Assembly (NCBI GenBank): GCA_963705705.1 | Contig: CAVPKK010000007.1 | Coordinates: 1 to 64,000 of the forward strand | Length of the DNA stretch: 64,000 nucleotides | DNA from: an uncultured bacterium | GTDB lineage: Bacteria; Babelota; Babeliae; Babelales; JABCYS01 | Direction: 5' to 3' | Part shown: in pieces, positions 20,001 to 28,983 of the stretch | How the letters are laid out: every line of letters starts with the position of its first letter | Position numbering within the stretch: the stretch's first letter is position 1 | Program-made: the position numbers and the translations under genes | Notes under the pieces: model-generated | Told to the model about the DNA's origin: nothing | Database searches by the model: none | The model's input: the letters and a program-made list of their open reading frames with translations, nothing else

Positions 20001-21299
20001 TCAAATAGTTTCCTGCGACAGCCAATTTGATACCGCAAAAGATACCTTCGACCCCAATACCTTTTGCGCAAAACCACTAATCGGAAAATGGCGGTATGGT
20101 GAAAAATAATCCCTTAAATTATCCGAGCCATCAATAAGGTGGTCGGCGGCATAGTTTGCCAGCATTGCAGCAACAGGTAACCCGGCCGCTGCGCCAATAT
20201 AATAGATCGATTTTGCAACCTTATCCGAGCCAGCGATTGGAGCAACATCTTTGCTCAACCCAATAAGTCCTGGCCACATCTGTTCAAATTGCAGCTGGTG
20301 GTTTGGAAATTTGTCCTCGATGTACCGGGTTAACTTTCTATACATATAATTACTATGATAGGTGGCCTGCTTATTATAGGTATTAAGTACCGAGCCTCCG
20401 CCGACGAGTAATCTATTCCCGGTAAAACGAAAATATGAATAGATTAAGGCAGTGTCCCATACCATAAGTTTCCGCTGTGGGAAAATGGCTTTTATCTGAT
20501 CTTCTTCAAGCGCTTGCGAAACCATGAGGAAAGTTTGGGCGTGATATATCTGCTGTGTAAGTTTGCCCAATTCCGGAATAAACCGGTCGGTACACACAAT
20601 AATGTGTTTTGCCTTGACCGATGCATGTAAGGTGGTGACCACCCCATCATCTATTTGTAACGCCGGTGTTTCTTCATATATTTCCACCCCAGCCTTACTC
20701 AATACATTCTTCATTCCTTGGCAATATTTATATGCGCTGATACCAAAGCTTTTTGGATAGATCACAGCGCCATAATAGCCATTCGAGCCGAGAAACGCCG
20801 AAAGATCTTCTTTCTTTATATAGTTTTTTGAGTAGCCACAATGGCCGAGGCTTTCTGCCTCTTTAATAACTTCTTGCACATCTTTTTCGGAATTAGCGAC
20901 GAATAATGAATCCTCTTCACTATAATCGCAATCAAGTTTGTGCTCGAGAATATTGCGCCGAATATGCTCTACACCGTCTTTTTCAATCGCATCCCAAATC
21001 CGCTTTCCACCCTCTTGACCATACCTTTTAATAAAACCAGAAAGACTTATTTCGCCGTTTGGCGTAATAAACCCGGATGATTTGCCACTGGCACCGGAGC
21101 CGCAATAATATGCTTCAAGCAAAACAACTGCTTGGCCTTTTTTGGCGAATGCCTGGGCAGCCGTTAACCCAGCCATGCCGCCACCAATGACTACCACATC
21201 GACTGTTTTATTTGTTCGAAGTGGCTGTACATCTTCGCGCTTGAGATACCAAAAAGTTTGATCTTGCGGAAATATGGTATTTTTCACACTGCAATCCAT
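20001..21299 (-). CDS. FAD-dependent oxidoreductase (DAO / PuuB-like family)
   Basis: Rossmann VVVIGGGMAGL, GASGKSSGF, IYEETP, C-terminal WPG motif. Confidence 0.9.
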   Translation of the reverse strand: MDCSVKNTIFPQDQTFWYLKREDVQPLRTNKTVDVVVIGGGMAGLTAAQAFAKKGQAVVLLEAYYCGSGASGKSSGFITPNGEISLSGFIKRYGQEGGKRIWDAIEKDGVEHIRRNILEHKLDCDYSEEDSLFVANSEKDVQEVIKEAESLGHCGYSKNYIKKEDLSAFLGSNGYYGAVIYPKSFGISAYKYCQGMKNVLSKAGVEIYEETPALQIDDGVVTTLHASVKAKHIIVCTDRFIPELGKLTQQIYHAQTFLMVSQALEEDQIKAIFPQRKLMVWDTALIYSYFRFTGNRLLVGGGSVLNTYNKQATYHSNYMYRKLTRYIEDKFPNHQLQFEQMWPGLIGLSKDVAPIAGSDKVAKSIYYIGAAAGLPVAAMLANYAADHLIDGSDNLRDYFSPYRHFPISGFAQKVLGSKVSFAVSNWLSQETI

Positions 21300-22981
21300 T
21301 ATTTTGTCGTCGGCAACGCTGAGCTCGCTTGCGGTTCCAATTGTTTACGTTGTTCGGCCAGACCTTTTTCAACTTCCTCAGCTTCAGATTCTGTTGTTTT
21401 TACTCGTGGTTTTATTAGGAACCTTTTAGCCGGTGTAGTTGGTTGATGTTCAAACGAAATCAAGGCTCTTACAAAAGTACTGTTCTTGCCAAGCGCGCCT
21501 ACCGCCGAACCTACCACATCATAGCCATTTTTATCACGCGAAAGAAGCATTTCTTGAAGTCCTGATGACCCCTCCGCCTGAGAAAGTACCGATTGCGCGA
21601 TGATCACAAAGATTTTGGCATACAGATCTTCAGCAGCCTTTATTTGCTGACCTATCACATCTGCCGCAGTCTTTTTTTCCTCTTCTGAATTATTTTTTTC
21701 ATTCTTGATTTTAGTAATCTCCGAACGCATATTTTGAACTCTCTCAGACAAATTTTTAACAACGAGCTGAAGTAAATTGTTGCCATTGGGATCACGTACT
21801 TTGGAAACATCTTGTTCTTTGAGTAAGGGCCCAGGGAATTTTTTGTTCCGCAGTCTATATTTGCCTGATGTAATCTCCGCAAGTCGCTTCTCCACTTCAT
21901 ATGCGTTGCCATCATTAATCGCCTTAAAAAGTAATCGCTCTGTCGCTTCCTCTTTCGGATCTTTAAACCATATAACCCAAATATCTCCTCCAACCTTCTT
22001 GCGCAATTGGGTTTCACTCATTGCTATCGGATTGTTAACAAGTACAAGCTGTCTTAAATCTTGTTCCTTCAAAATATTGGTTGGAAACTCGGTAATCTGA
22101 TTATTAGTTAGCAAAAGATCTTCTATATGATGAAGTCCATTGAAAATATTGGCCGGTATCGATGCAAGATTATTGTTAGAAAGATCAAGCCAGCGCAAGG
22201 CGACTAAGCCATTGAAAATGGTAGCCGGTAGTACATTCAGTTGATTGTCAGAAATATCAAGCCGCACAAGCGCAATTAGGTTATGGAAAATATTGGCGGG
22301 AAGCACGGGGAGTTTGTTGTTTGAGAGATTAAGCCAGCGCAATGCGATTAGGTCATTAAATATGGCCTGATCAAGCGAACTTAATTCGTTATTCATAATG
22401 AGAAGTTCTCGAAGATTTGCTAGGCCCTTGAAAATATCGGCGGGGAGTGTAGTAAGTTGGTTTATGAAAAGCGAAAGTTCCTCAAGTGCTATTAGGCCAT
22501 TGAAAATATTTGATGGTAGGGAAGTTAACCTATTGTACGAGAGATCAAGCACTCGAAGGTTTGCAAGGCCATCGAAGATGTTTGCGGGAAGCGTATTCAG
22601 CCGGTTATAAGCAAGATTAAGCTTTACAAGCCAAGTTAACCCTGGAACATGGGCTTCATCAAAATCAGTTAAATCTGCGAGATGTACGTTATTTATCTGC
22701 AAATCGTGCTCTGCTACCATCCGATCAACTGCCTTTTTATGCATACGATAATAATCGCGAAATGATATCCCCCGAGCTTGTGCTTCTTCCTTTTCTTTTT
22801 CAGATTGAGCCTGAGATCCGCTCAAAATCCTAGTCATATCAGAGAATTCCATAGGCCCATATAATTGCGCTTCTTGATGAGCCGAAGGTCGTGATGTTGC
22901 CAGGATCTGTCGATGCGTGGAAATAGAAAGTAGCATGGCCATTGCCAAGATCGATGGTAGGTTAACTAATGATTGTGACAT
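21299..22981 (-). CDS. Secreted LRR protein with ANK-like/coiled-coil domain
   Basis: ...RQILA|TSRP; GISFRDYY; typical LRRs; KVRDPNGNNLL; close paralog of 18240..19952; TAATG overlap with the oxidoreductase start. Confidence 0.9.
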   Translation of the reverse strand: MSQSLVNLPSILAMAMLLSISTHRQILATSRPSAHQEAQLYGPMEFSDMTRILSGSQAQSEKEKEEAQARGISFRDYYRMHKKAVDRMVAEHDLQINNVHLADLTDFDEAHVPGLTWLVKLNLAYNRLNTLPANIFDGLANLRVLDLSYNRLTSLPSNIFNGLIALEELSLFINQLTTLPADIFKGLANLRELLIMNNELSSLDQAIFNDLIALRWLNLSNNKLPVLPANIFHNLIALVRLDISDNQLNVLPATIFNGLVALRWLDLSNNNLASIPANIFNGLHHIEDLLLTNNQITEFPTNILKEQDLRQLVLVNNPIAMSETQLRKKVGGDIWVIWFKDPKEEATERLLFKAINDGNAYEVEKRLAEITSGKYRLRNKKFPGPLLKEQDVSKVRDPNGNNLLQLVVKNLSERVQNMRSEITKIKNEKNNSEEEKKTAADVIGQQIKAAEDLYAKIFVIIAQSVLSQAEGSSGLQEMLLSRDKNGYDVVGSAVGALGKNSTFVRALISFEHQPTTPAKRFLIKPRVKTTESEAEEVEKGLAEQRKQLEPQASSALPTTK

Positions 22982-23096
22982 AGTATGAATCTTCCTTTTT
23001 TATATTATCGCCATCTTACTTTTCATGATCATTTTCCCTTTTATTGAACCTTGTCTGCCTTGGCAGATTCATCTTTATTCAATAAAGATCATTAAG

Positions 23097-24968
23097 CTAT
23101 TGATTCGGTTTGAGGCGTTCTCTTTGTTCAGCCTGCTCTCTCTCCAATTTCTCGGCTTCGTTTTCTTCGTTATGATGTCGTCTCATAATTTTGAACGGAG
23201 TGAGATGTTGGCCAGCTGGCGTTGGTTTAAAATTATATTCTCGAATCGTCTGTACAAAGAAGCTATCAGGCGTAAGGTTACCCACTGCTGCTTGGAAAAG
23301 ATCCTGGCCAGCCTTATTGCGGGCCAACATCATCTCCTGCACTTTAGGCCCGCCGAACTGCGTTAAGATCAAATATATTCTGGTATAATTTACCTGGGCA
23401 TCATGGATGGCGTCTACCGCCTCTTTCGGCTTCATCTGTTTATTAATGGCTGCTATTTTCTGCAAGAGCGTCTTGAGCACAATCTGTAAAAGATTATCGC
23501 CCTCAGCATCACGAATTTTGGAGATATCTATCTTCTTAGTTAGATATCGACCTGTCTTTATACGGCCAGCTATAATAATGGTAAATGCTTTTTGAACCGC
23601 ATCAGCGTTGCCCTCTTTAATGGAATCAATAAGAGCTTTTTCCCCGGCTTCTTGTTCGTGGTCTTTGTATATGAGATGATGCCAGAGTGCGCCCTTTTGG
23701 GCCCCTAGGATATTTCGCAATTCCGCATCCGTATAAGGCATCGGATTGTTCCTCAAATCTATGTTTGCGTGATGAATTAAGTTAGTAAGGTTTTCAGAAA
23801 CTGTTGTAAATTCATTGCCTGAAAGATTTAGAGTACCAAGACGGACAAGTTTGCTCATATCCGGCAGCTCTGAAATTTTATTGCTATTAAGGTTTATGGA
23901 GCGGAGATTCACCAAATGTCCTATCCAATCAGGAATGACCGAAATCTTATTATCAGCTGCGTTAAAATCTCTAAGGGCATGTAAATATTGAATAACAGCA
24001 GGAATCATGGTGAACCGATTCCGATCCAGAAAGAGATCAGTGAGCGCGGCTAAGTGAGCAAGATTGCCTGGCAAAGCTGAGATTTTGTTATCTTCCAGAA
24101 AAAGCCTGATAAGCTGTCGTAGATTTCCAATGCTTTCAGGAATCTTTAGAAGATAATTAGCGCTAAGATCGATCGAAACGAGCATTCTTAAATTTCCGAT
24201 GCTTTCCGGAATTTCCGTCAATTTATTTTGGTTAATATAAAGCCTGCGAATGCCACCTAAACCTGGGATATGTTGATCATCAAGATCAGTTAAATCAGTA
24301 AAATTTTTATTACTTAAATCCAAATCTCCGTCAAGAATCTGTTCATCTACCTTAGCCTTATTCTTCTTATAGTAATCTCGGAATGAGATGCCAGGTATTC
24401 CTTTCATCCGATCTATTTCATAGCGTATCTTATTAGTTGCTTCATCAAGGGGCGAAGGATATGCAGCAAACCTTTTTAGCAGCGTGTCTAAGACAGATTG
24501 TAAGGTAGCAATGGTATATGGTTTAAATCTTAAGCTACTTATTATATCGGTAATCGGAGATACAGGTTCACCACCTTTGGTGACTAGTGGCATCACGGTT
24601 TCTGCCGCTCGAAGATAATTGAGAATTCGTCTTTTTTCTGTTTCATCCATTTCAGGCATTTTTTCTGCTTGCTCCGCTTTTTCGTCCTTAGCCTCTCGCA
24701 AACTTAGTTCAATAGCCAATGCTAACTGTTCTTGTTCAGTCATTTGCGGAACTGGCTTTGTTGGTTTTGGCGCAGGTTGTTTTGACTCAACAATTGCTTG
24801 TTTAAGCTCGGCCTCGGCCCTCTTTTTATCTATTTCAGCTTGCCGAAGGCTTGCTTCAATAGCCAATTTAAGATCACGCGCTTCCTGGCCAGTTGCAGGG
24901 CGTGAAGTTGCATGCATTGATATAGATACATTCAGGCAGGCGATTGCCACCAATAGATATCGATTCAT
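23097..24968 (-). CDS. Secreted UIM-LRR protein with ANK-like/coiled-coil domain
   Basis: Start MNRYLL after AAGGA; ...SMHA|TSRP; UIM-like helices; GISFRDYY; 23-aa IPESIGNL-type LRRs; KIRDAEGDNLL. Confidence 0.9.
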   Translation of the reverse strand: MNRYLLVAIACLNVSISMHATSRPATGQEARDLKLAIEASLRQAEIDKKRAEAELKQAIVESKQPAPKPTKPVPQMTEQEQLALAIELSLREAKDEKAEQAEKMPEMDETEKRRILNYLRAAETVMPLVTKGGEPVSPITDIISSLRFKPYTIATLQSVLDTLLKRFAAYPSPLDEATNKIRYEIDRMKGIPGISFRDYYKKNKAKVDEQILDGDLDLSNKNFTDLTDLDDQHIPGLGGIRRLYINQNKLTEIPESIGNLRMLVSIDLSANYLLKIPESIGNLRQLIRLFLEDNKISALPGNLAHLAALTDLFLDRNRFTMIPAVIQYLHALRDFNAADNKISVIPDWIGHLVNLRSINLNSNKISELPDMSKLVRLGTLNLSGNEFTTVSENLTNLIHHANIDLRNNPMPYTDAELRNILGAQKGALWHHLIYKDHEQEAGEKALIDSIKEGNADAVQKAFTIIIAGRIKTGRYLTKKIDISKIRDAEGDNLLQIVLKTLLQKIAAINKQMKPKEAVDAIHDAQVNYTRIYLILTQFGGPKVQEMMLARNKAGQDLFQAAVGNLTPDSFFVQTIREYNFKPTPAGQHLTPFKIMRRHHNEENEAEKLEREQAEQRERLKPNQ

Positions 24969-24991
24969 TACTATCCTTAACAAGATGCTCA

Positions 24992-27064
24992 CTATTCTTT
25001 ATCTTCGTTTTTTTCTTTCATTTCAGTCGCCGGCTTTTTCTCTTTTAAACTAGGCCTGCGTTTGAGGCGTTCTCTTTGTTCCAGGTGTTCTTCCTCTATT
25101 TTCTTTGCTTCTTCTTCTTCTTTACGATGCCGTCTCATAATTCTAAATGGTGTGAGATGCTGACCAACTGGTGTTAGTTTATACCTGTATTCTCGGATCG
25201 TCTGTACAAAGAAGCTGTCAGGCTTAAGGTTACCAACTGCTGCTTGGAAAAGATCCTGGCCAGCCTTATTGCGGGCCAACATCATCTCTTGCACTTTAGG
25301 TCCACCGAACTGCGTTAAGGTCAAATATATTTTGGTATAATTTACCTGGACATCATGAATGGCATCTACCGCTTCTTTAGGCGTCATCTGTTTATTAATC
25401 GCCGCTATTTTTTGCAAGAGCGTCTTGAGCACAATCTGTAAGATATTATCGCCATCAGCATCACGGATTTTTGAAATATCTATTTTCTCATCATTAAATG
25501 GACCAATCTTTATTCGACCAGCCATAATCGTGGTGAATGATTTTCGTACCGCATCTGCATCACCATTTTTAATCGCATCAATAAGAGCCTTCTCAACCTT
25601 CTCTTGCTCGGGTGTTTTATACAAGAAACTAATATTTTCACGCAGGCCCAACATCTTTCGTAATTGAGCGTCAGTGTAAGGCATCGGATTATTACGCAAT
25701 CCTAAACGCTCCAGGGCAGGTAACTTATTGAGACCTTTTGGTGCCGTTACAAACTCATTGCCCGAAAGAAATAGATCTCTGAGATGAACAAGCTTGTTTA
25801 TAGTTTCAGGCAGCTGTGAAATCTTATTATTAATAAGATCAAGCTCTTCCAATGCCGCTAAATCGCCAATCCATTCCGGGACTAAGGTAATTTGATTGCC
25901 ATCGAGCGAAAGCTGCTGGAGCCTAATCAAAGGGGACGTGGTTTGTGGTAAAACTGATATCTCATTATCTGCCAGATCCATTTCTGTAAGATTCACCAAA
26001 TTGCCTATCCAATCTGGAATGATAGCAATCTTATTATCATTGGCATCGAATGATGTAAGAGCAAGTAAGTGCCGAATAACAGCAGGAATTACAGTAAAGC
26101 GATTATTATCGATACAAAGGTGTGTAAGTGCGGCTAGATGAGCAAGGCTTTGAGGCAAGTCTGAAAGTCTATTATTATGAAGATGAAGCTCCTGGAGCGT
26201 GTGCAATTGGCCTATACTTTCTGGAAGCTTGGTAAGATAGTTAGTAGCAAGTGAAAGTAATGTGAGTGCTTGCAAGTTGCCGATACTTTCAGGAATATTT
26301 TGGAGTTTATTGCCACCGAGGAAAAGCATGGTAATGGCATTTAAACCAGGAAGATGTTTCTCGTCAAAGTCGGTTAAATCAATAAGATTCTTGTTGCTTA
26401 AATCTAAAGAACCAGCAAGAATATCCGCATCTACTGCAATCTTGTTCTTTTTATAATAGTCTCGGAATGAGATGCCCGGAATGCCTTTCAATCTATCAAT
26501 TTCATATTCTAATTTCATTCCTACAAAACCAAGATCTATATCAAACCTCTCGTAAGAAGGTGAAAGCTTTTTTATGGTGCGTTCGACAGATTGTAATGAA
26601 CTTAGCGTATACTTGGATTTTAATATCTTAACTAAATCTTGAATCTCTACTAATTCCCCAATTAGCTCATGCTCTTTGAGTTCTTCCTCTATAAATTCAA
26701 ATTGCTCAAAAACCAGCTTTTTTTCCGTTTCACCAATATCCTCCGACAGCTTTTGCTCACGACCCGCCTTTTCTTCTTTTGCTTCCTTTTGACTCAGCTC
26801 AATAGCCAATTGCAGTTGCTCTTGTTCGCTCATTTTCGAAATTGGTTTTGATGGCTTTTGTATAGGCTGCTTTTTTGAATCAGCAACCGTTTGCTTAAGC
26901 TCCGCTTGCGTCTTCTTTTTATCTATTTCAGCTTGCCGCAAGCTTGCTTCAATCGCCAATTTGAGAGCGCGTGCTTCTTTGCTGGTAGCAGGCTGCGATG
27001 TTGCTTGGATTTGAGCAGAAATGCAAAGAATGATAGCCGCAGCTATCTTATTATATTGGATCAT
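24992..27064 (-). CDS. Secreted UIM-LRR protein with ANK-like/coiled-coil domain
   Basis: ...QIQA|TSQP; UIM-like helices; GISFRDYY; IPESIGNL-type LRRs; close paralog of 23097..24968. Confidence 0.9.
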   Translation of the reverse strand: MIQYNKIAAAIILCISAQIQATSQPATSKEARALKLAIEASLRQAEIDKKKTQAELKQTVADSKKQPIQKPSKPISKMSEQEQLQLAIELSQKEAKEEKAGREQKLSEDIGETEKKLVFEQFEFIEEELKEHELIGELVEIQDLVKILKSKYTLSSLQSVERTIKKLSPSYERFDIDLGFVGMKLEYEIDRLKGIPGISFRDYYKKNKIAVDADILAGSLDLSNKNLIDLTDFDEKHLPGLNAITMLFLGGNKLQNIPESIGNLQALTLLSLATNYLTKLPESIGQLHTLQELHLHNNRLSDLPQSLAHLAALTHLCIDNNRFTVIPAVIRHLLALTSFDANDNKIAIIPDWIGNLVNLTEMDLADNEISVLPQTTSPLIRLQQLSLDGNQITLVPEWIGDLAALEELDLINNKISQLPETINKLVHLRDLFLSGNEFVTAPKGLNKLPALERLGLRNNPMPYTDAQLRKMLGLRENISFLYKTPEQEKVEKALIDAIKNGDADAVRKSFTTIMAGRIKIGPFNDEKIDISKIRDADGDNILQIVLKTLLQKIAAINKQMTPKEAVDAIHDVQVNYTKIYLTLTQFGGPKVQEMMLARNKAGQDLFQAAVGNLKPDSFFVQTIREYRYKLTPVGQHLTPFRIMRRHRKEEEEAKKIEEEHLEQRERLKRRPSLKEKKPATEMKEKNEDKE

Positions 27065-27093
27065 TACTACTTCCTCTTTATTTTTTGGACTGT

Positions 27094-28377
27094 TTAATTC
27101 GGCTCCAGCTTAAAGCTGGTATCAACTACAACTGGCAAATCCAGGCATAGTAAACCATCCTTATTAATCCATGCCGCTGGCTTAGAATTTCCTGTACCTA
27201 AATCTTCTGATCTAATTCTGCCGCCATAGAATATAAATTCATTGACGCGCAACGGCGCAAAGCTTAATTCTTCATGCGAAATCGTCTGAGCGGCAATTGG
27301 AGATCGCTTGTGTGTTTTTAAGTCATAACGATAGATGCTCAATGATTCTTCAGCTGGCCCAGGATGAATAGCTAGTTGGCGCGTTTGGCTAGCATCAACG
27401 TAATATATGACACCATTTAACGATCGTGGTAATAATGGTACCAATGATTCCAGTAAATTTTTGCTGCGGTTTTCATTTTCACCTGTGCTCAGTGGCACAA
27501 TCAACGAGCGTGGCAACACGAATTCAAATAATTGTTCTTTGTCCCAGCTGCCATCTGGATTTATGAATAAATGCCAATACCCAAAACTTACCATCTCCTG
27601 ATCCGTTTCGATCTCTGATGGATGGCTCACCATAAATCCTTCTTGCGCTGAGTTCATAGTTAAAAATGCAGCATGGGGTGGCAATGCCATTAGTTCATGA
27701 AACTTATCTTCCGAAATTAATGGTGCCATTGCGGATCTGGTTTGCTTTAGCAAAGCATCAACCTGTTCCTGATAGTTGTATGCAGGAGCATCAGCTGATT
27801 GATCGAAGCTCACGGCTGGGTACGCACAGCTCATAAGGGTATATTGCTCTGCTGATCGTTTAATAAAAAATAGTTGATCTTCAATCTTTTGCGGATACAG
27901 ATAATCGTTTTGGTCATTATGAATTATTGGATACAGGCCGCCGCGAGCAGTGCCATGAAAAATTCCATAATGATCGCCCTGTTTGCCCATGAAATAAAAA
28001 CGGTCTTGGTCAATCCAATTAATTGAGACAATATCATCTACCGGTTCATAAAAGAGGATCGATTTCGGCGAACGCTTATTGAATGATTTAACAAAGATTT
28101 TTCCTTTATCTATAAAGGAGATACCCAGTGGCATTTCTTTAACATCAGTTGGCGTATAAGCCGGAATCACAGCAGGCGTGGCAATCTTAGTTGCTGGATC
28201 CCATTCAAATAAGAGCAATTCGCAGCCTTTCTCATTTGAACTTTGATATTCCACATAAATCTTCAGCTCGTTATTTCTCTGCATTGCAACCACTGGATAC
28301 ACATATTCTACCGCGTGCAGTGGCGCGCATATAATTAAGGTAAGAAAAATGCGGTGTAATGATATTTGTACTGTCAT
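27094..28377 (-). CDS. Exported hypothetical protein, possibly beta-propeller-like
   Basis: Start MTVQ after AAGGA; signal peptide ...APLHA|VEY; beta-strand-rich pattern. Fold is a guess. Confidence 0.65.
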   Translation of the reverse strand: MTVQISLHRIFLTLIICAPLHAVEYVYPVVAMQRNNELKIYVEYQSSNEKGCELLLFEWDPATKIATPAVIPAYTPTDVKEMPLGISFIDKGKIFVKSFNKRSPKSILFYEPVDDIVSINWIDQDRFYFMGKQGDHYGIFHGTARGGLYPIIHNDQNDYLYPQKIEDQLFFIKRSAEQYTLMSCAYPAVSFDQSADAPAYNYQEQVDALLKQTRSAMAPLISEDKFHELMALPPHAAFLTMNSAQEGFMVSHPSEIETDQEMVSFGYWHLFINPDGSWDKEQLFEFVLPRSLIVPLSTGENENRSKNLLESLVPLLPRSLNGVIYYVDASQTRQLAIHPGPAEESLSIYRYDLKTHKRSPIAAQTISHEELSFAPLRVNEFIFYGGRIRSEDLGTGNSKPAAWINKDGLLCLDLPVVVDTSFKLEPN

Positions 28378-28563
28378 AACATCCTTTTTATAGCTATGGC
28401 CAATTAAATGTCGGCGGGATAATAGCACAAAACGATCATAGAGCTAAGGAAGATGATCACACTTCCTTTATAAACGTACGTTGAGGTAAGCACATAATGC
28501 AAGCTAAGAAACCAAAAATACGTGCTTGGCTTGATGGGAAAAGGAATTTTAAAAAATGGGCAT

Positions 28564-28601
28564 AAAAAAACCACCGCACTGAAACAAGTTCAATGCGGTG
28601 G
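28564..28601 (-). terminator. Rho-independent terminator
   Basis: Minus strand CCACCGCA-TTGAA...TTCAG-TGCGGTGG hairpin followed by T7. Confidence 0.8.
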
Positions 28602-28680
28602 AAAAAAGGAGAGTAGTAATGAAGCCTAGTTAAATCTTTAGTGCTTTCCTTCTTGGGTGAATCACCGTCGATGAAAGCGA
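28564..28680 (-). ncRNA. Candidate ~115-nt small RNA with anti-Shine-Dalgarno/anti-AUG seed
   Basis: Bounded by a promoter (28686-28714) and a terminator (28564-28601); 5' stem GCUUUC/GAAAGC; seed CUUCAUUACUACUCUCCUU; no RBS-led ORF on this strand. Confidence 0.6.
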
Positions 28681-28685
28681 GGAGA

Positions 28686-28714
28686 AGTATGAATTAACTT
28701 TTTTTAAAAGTCAA
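28686..28714 (-). promoter_or_regulatory. sigma70-type promoter of the candidate sRNA
   Basis: Minus strand TTGACT-17 nt-CATACT. Confidence 0.65.
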
Positions 28715-28865
28715 AGCTTTTTTAGGAGTTTTTAGCTTCCCCACGGCGAAAAACCACATCTTGCTTCATATGTAAAAGTCGAGCGGTCATATTAGCCATT
28801 ATTGTTACAAAATGTAACTTTTTTGACCAGAATTTGGGATCCAAATTCGGAGCAAGCTTGTTTAT

Positions 28866-28900
28866 GCGCTTTGATCCTTCGATTAACTCAGGATGAGCGC
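28866..28900. repeat. REP-like palindromic element, copy 1
   Basis: gcgctttgatccttcgattaactcaggatgagcgc, identical at 36362-36396; variant inverted copy at 48094-48132. Confidence 0.85.
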
Positions 28901-28983
28901 AATTTAGTTCTTGTCAGTTGAAGGTTTAAATGGATATAGCCCAAAGAATCTAAGAAATGGCTTAATGGGTAGCTAAATAAGCT

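Noticed and set aside
6931..27064. LRR C-terminal domain as an IpaH/NEL-type E3 ligase
   Set aside because: No conserved Cys (CxD) across the copies; only the architecture is analogous.
6931..27064. Diversity-generating retroelement or CRISPR array behind the repeats
   Set aside because: No reverse transcriptase, no template/variable repeat pair differing only at adenines noticed, and no regularly spaced identical repeats; the periodicity is 69-72 bp LRR coding.
28619..28633. Plus-strand mini-ORF MKPS with a strong RBS (and MN at 28689)
   Set aside because: Promoter and terminator polarity both point to the minus strand. Kept only as the alternative explanation to the sRNA.
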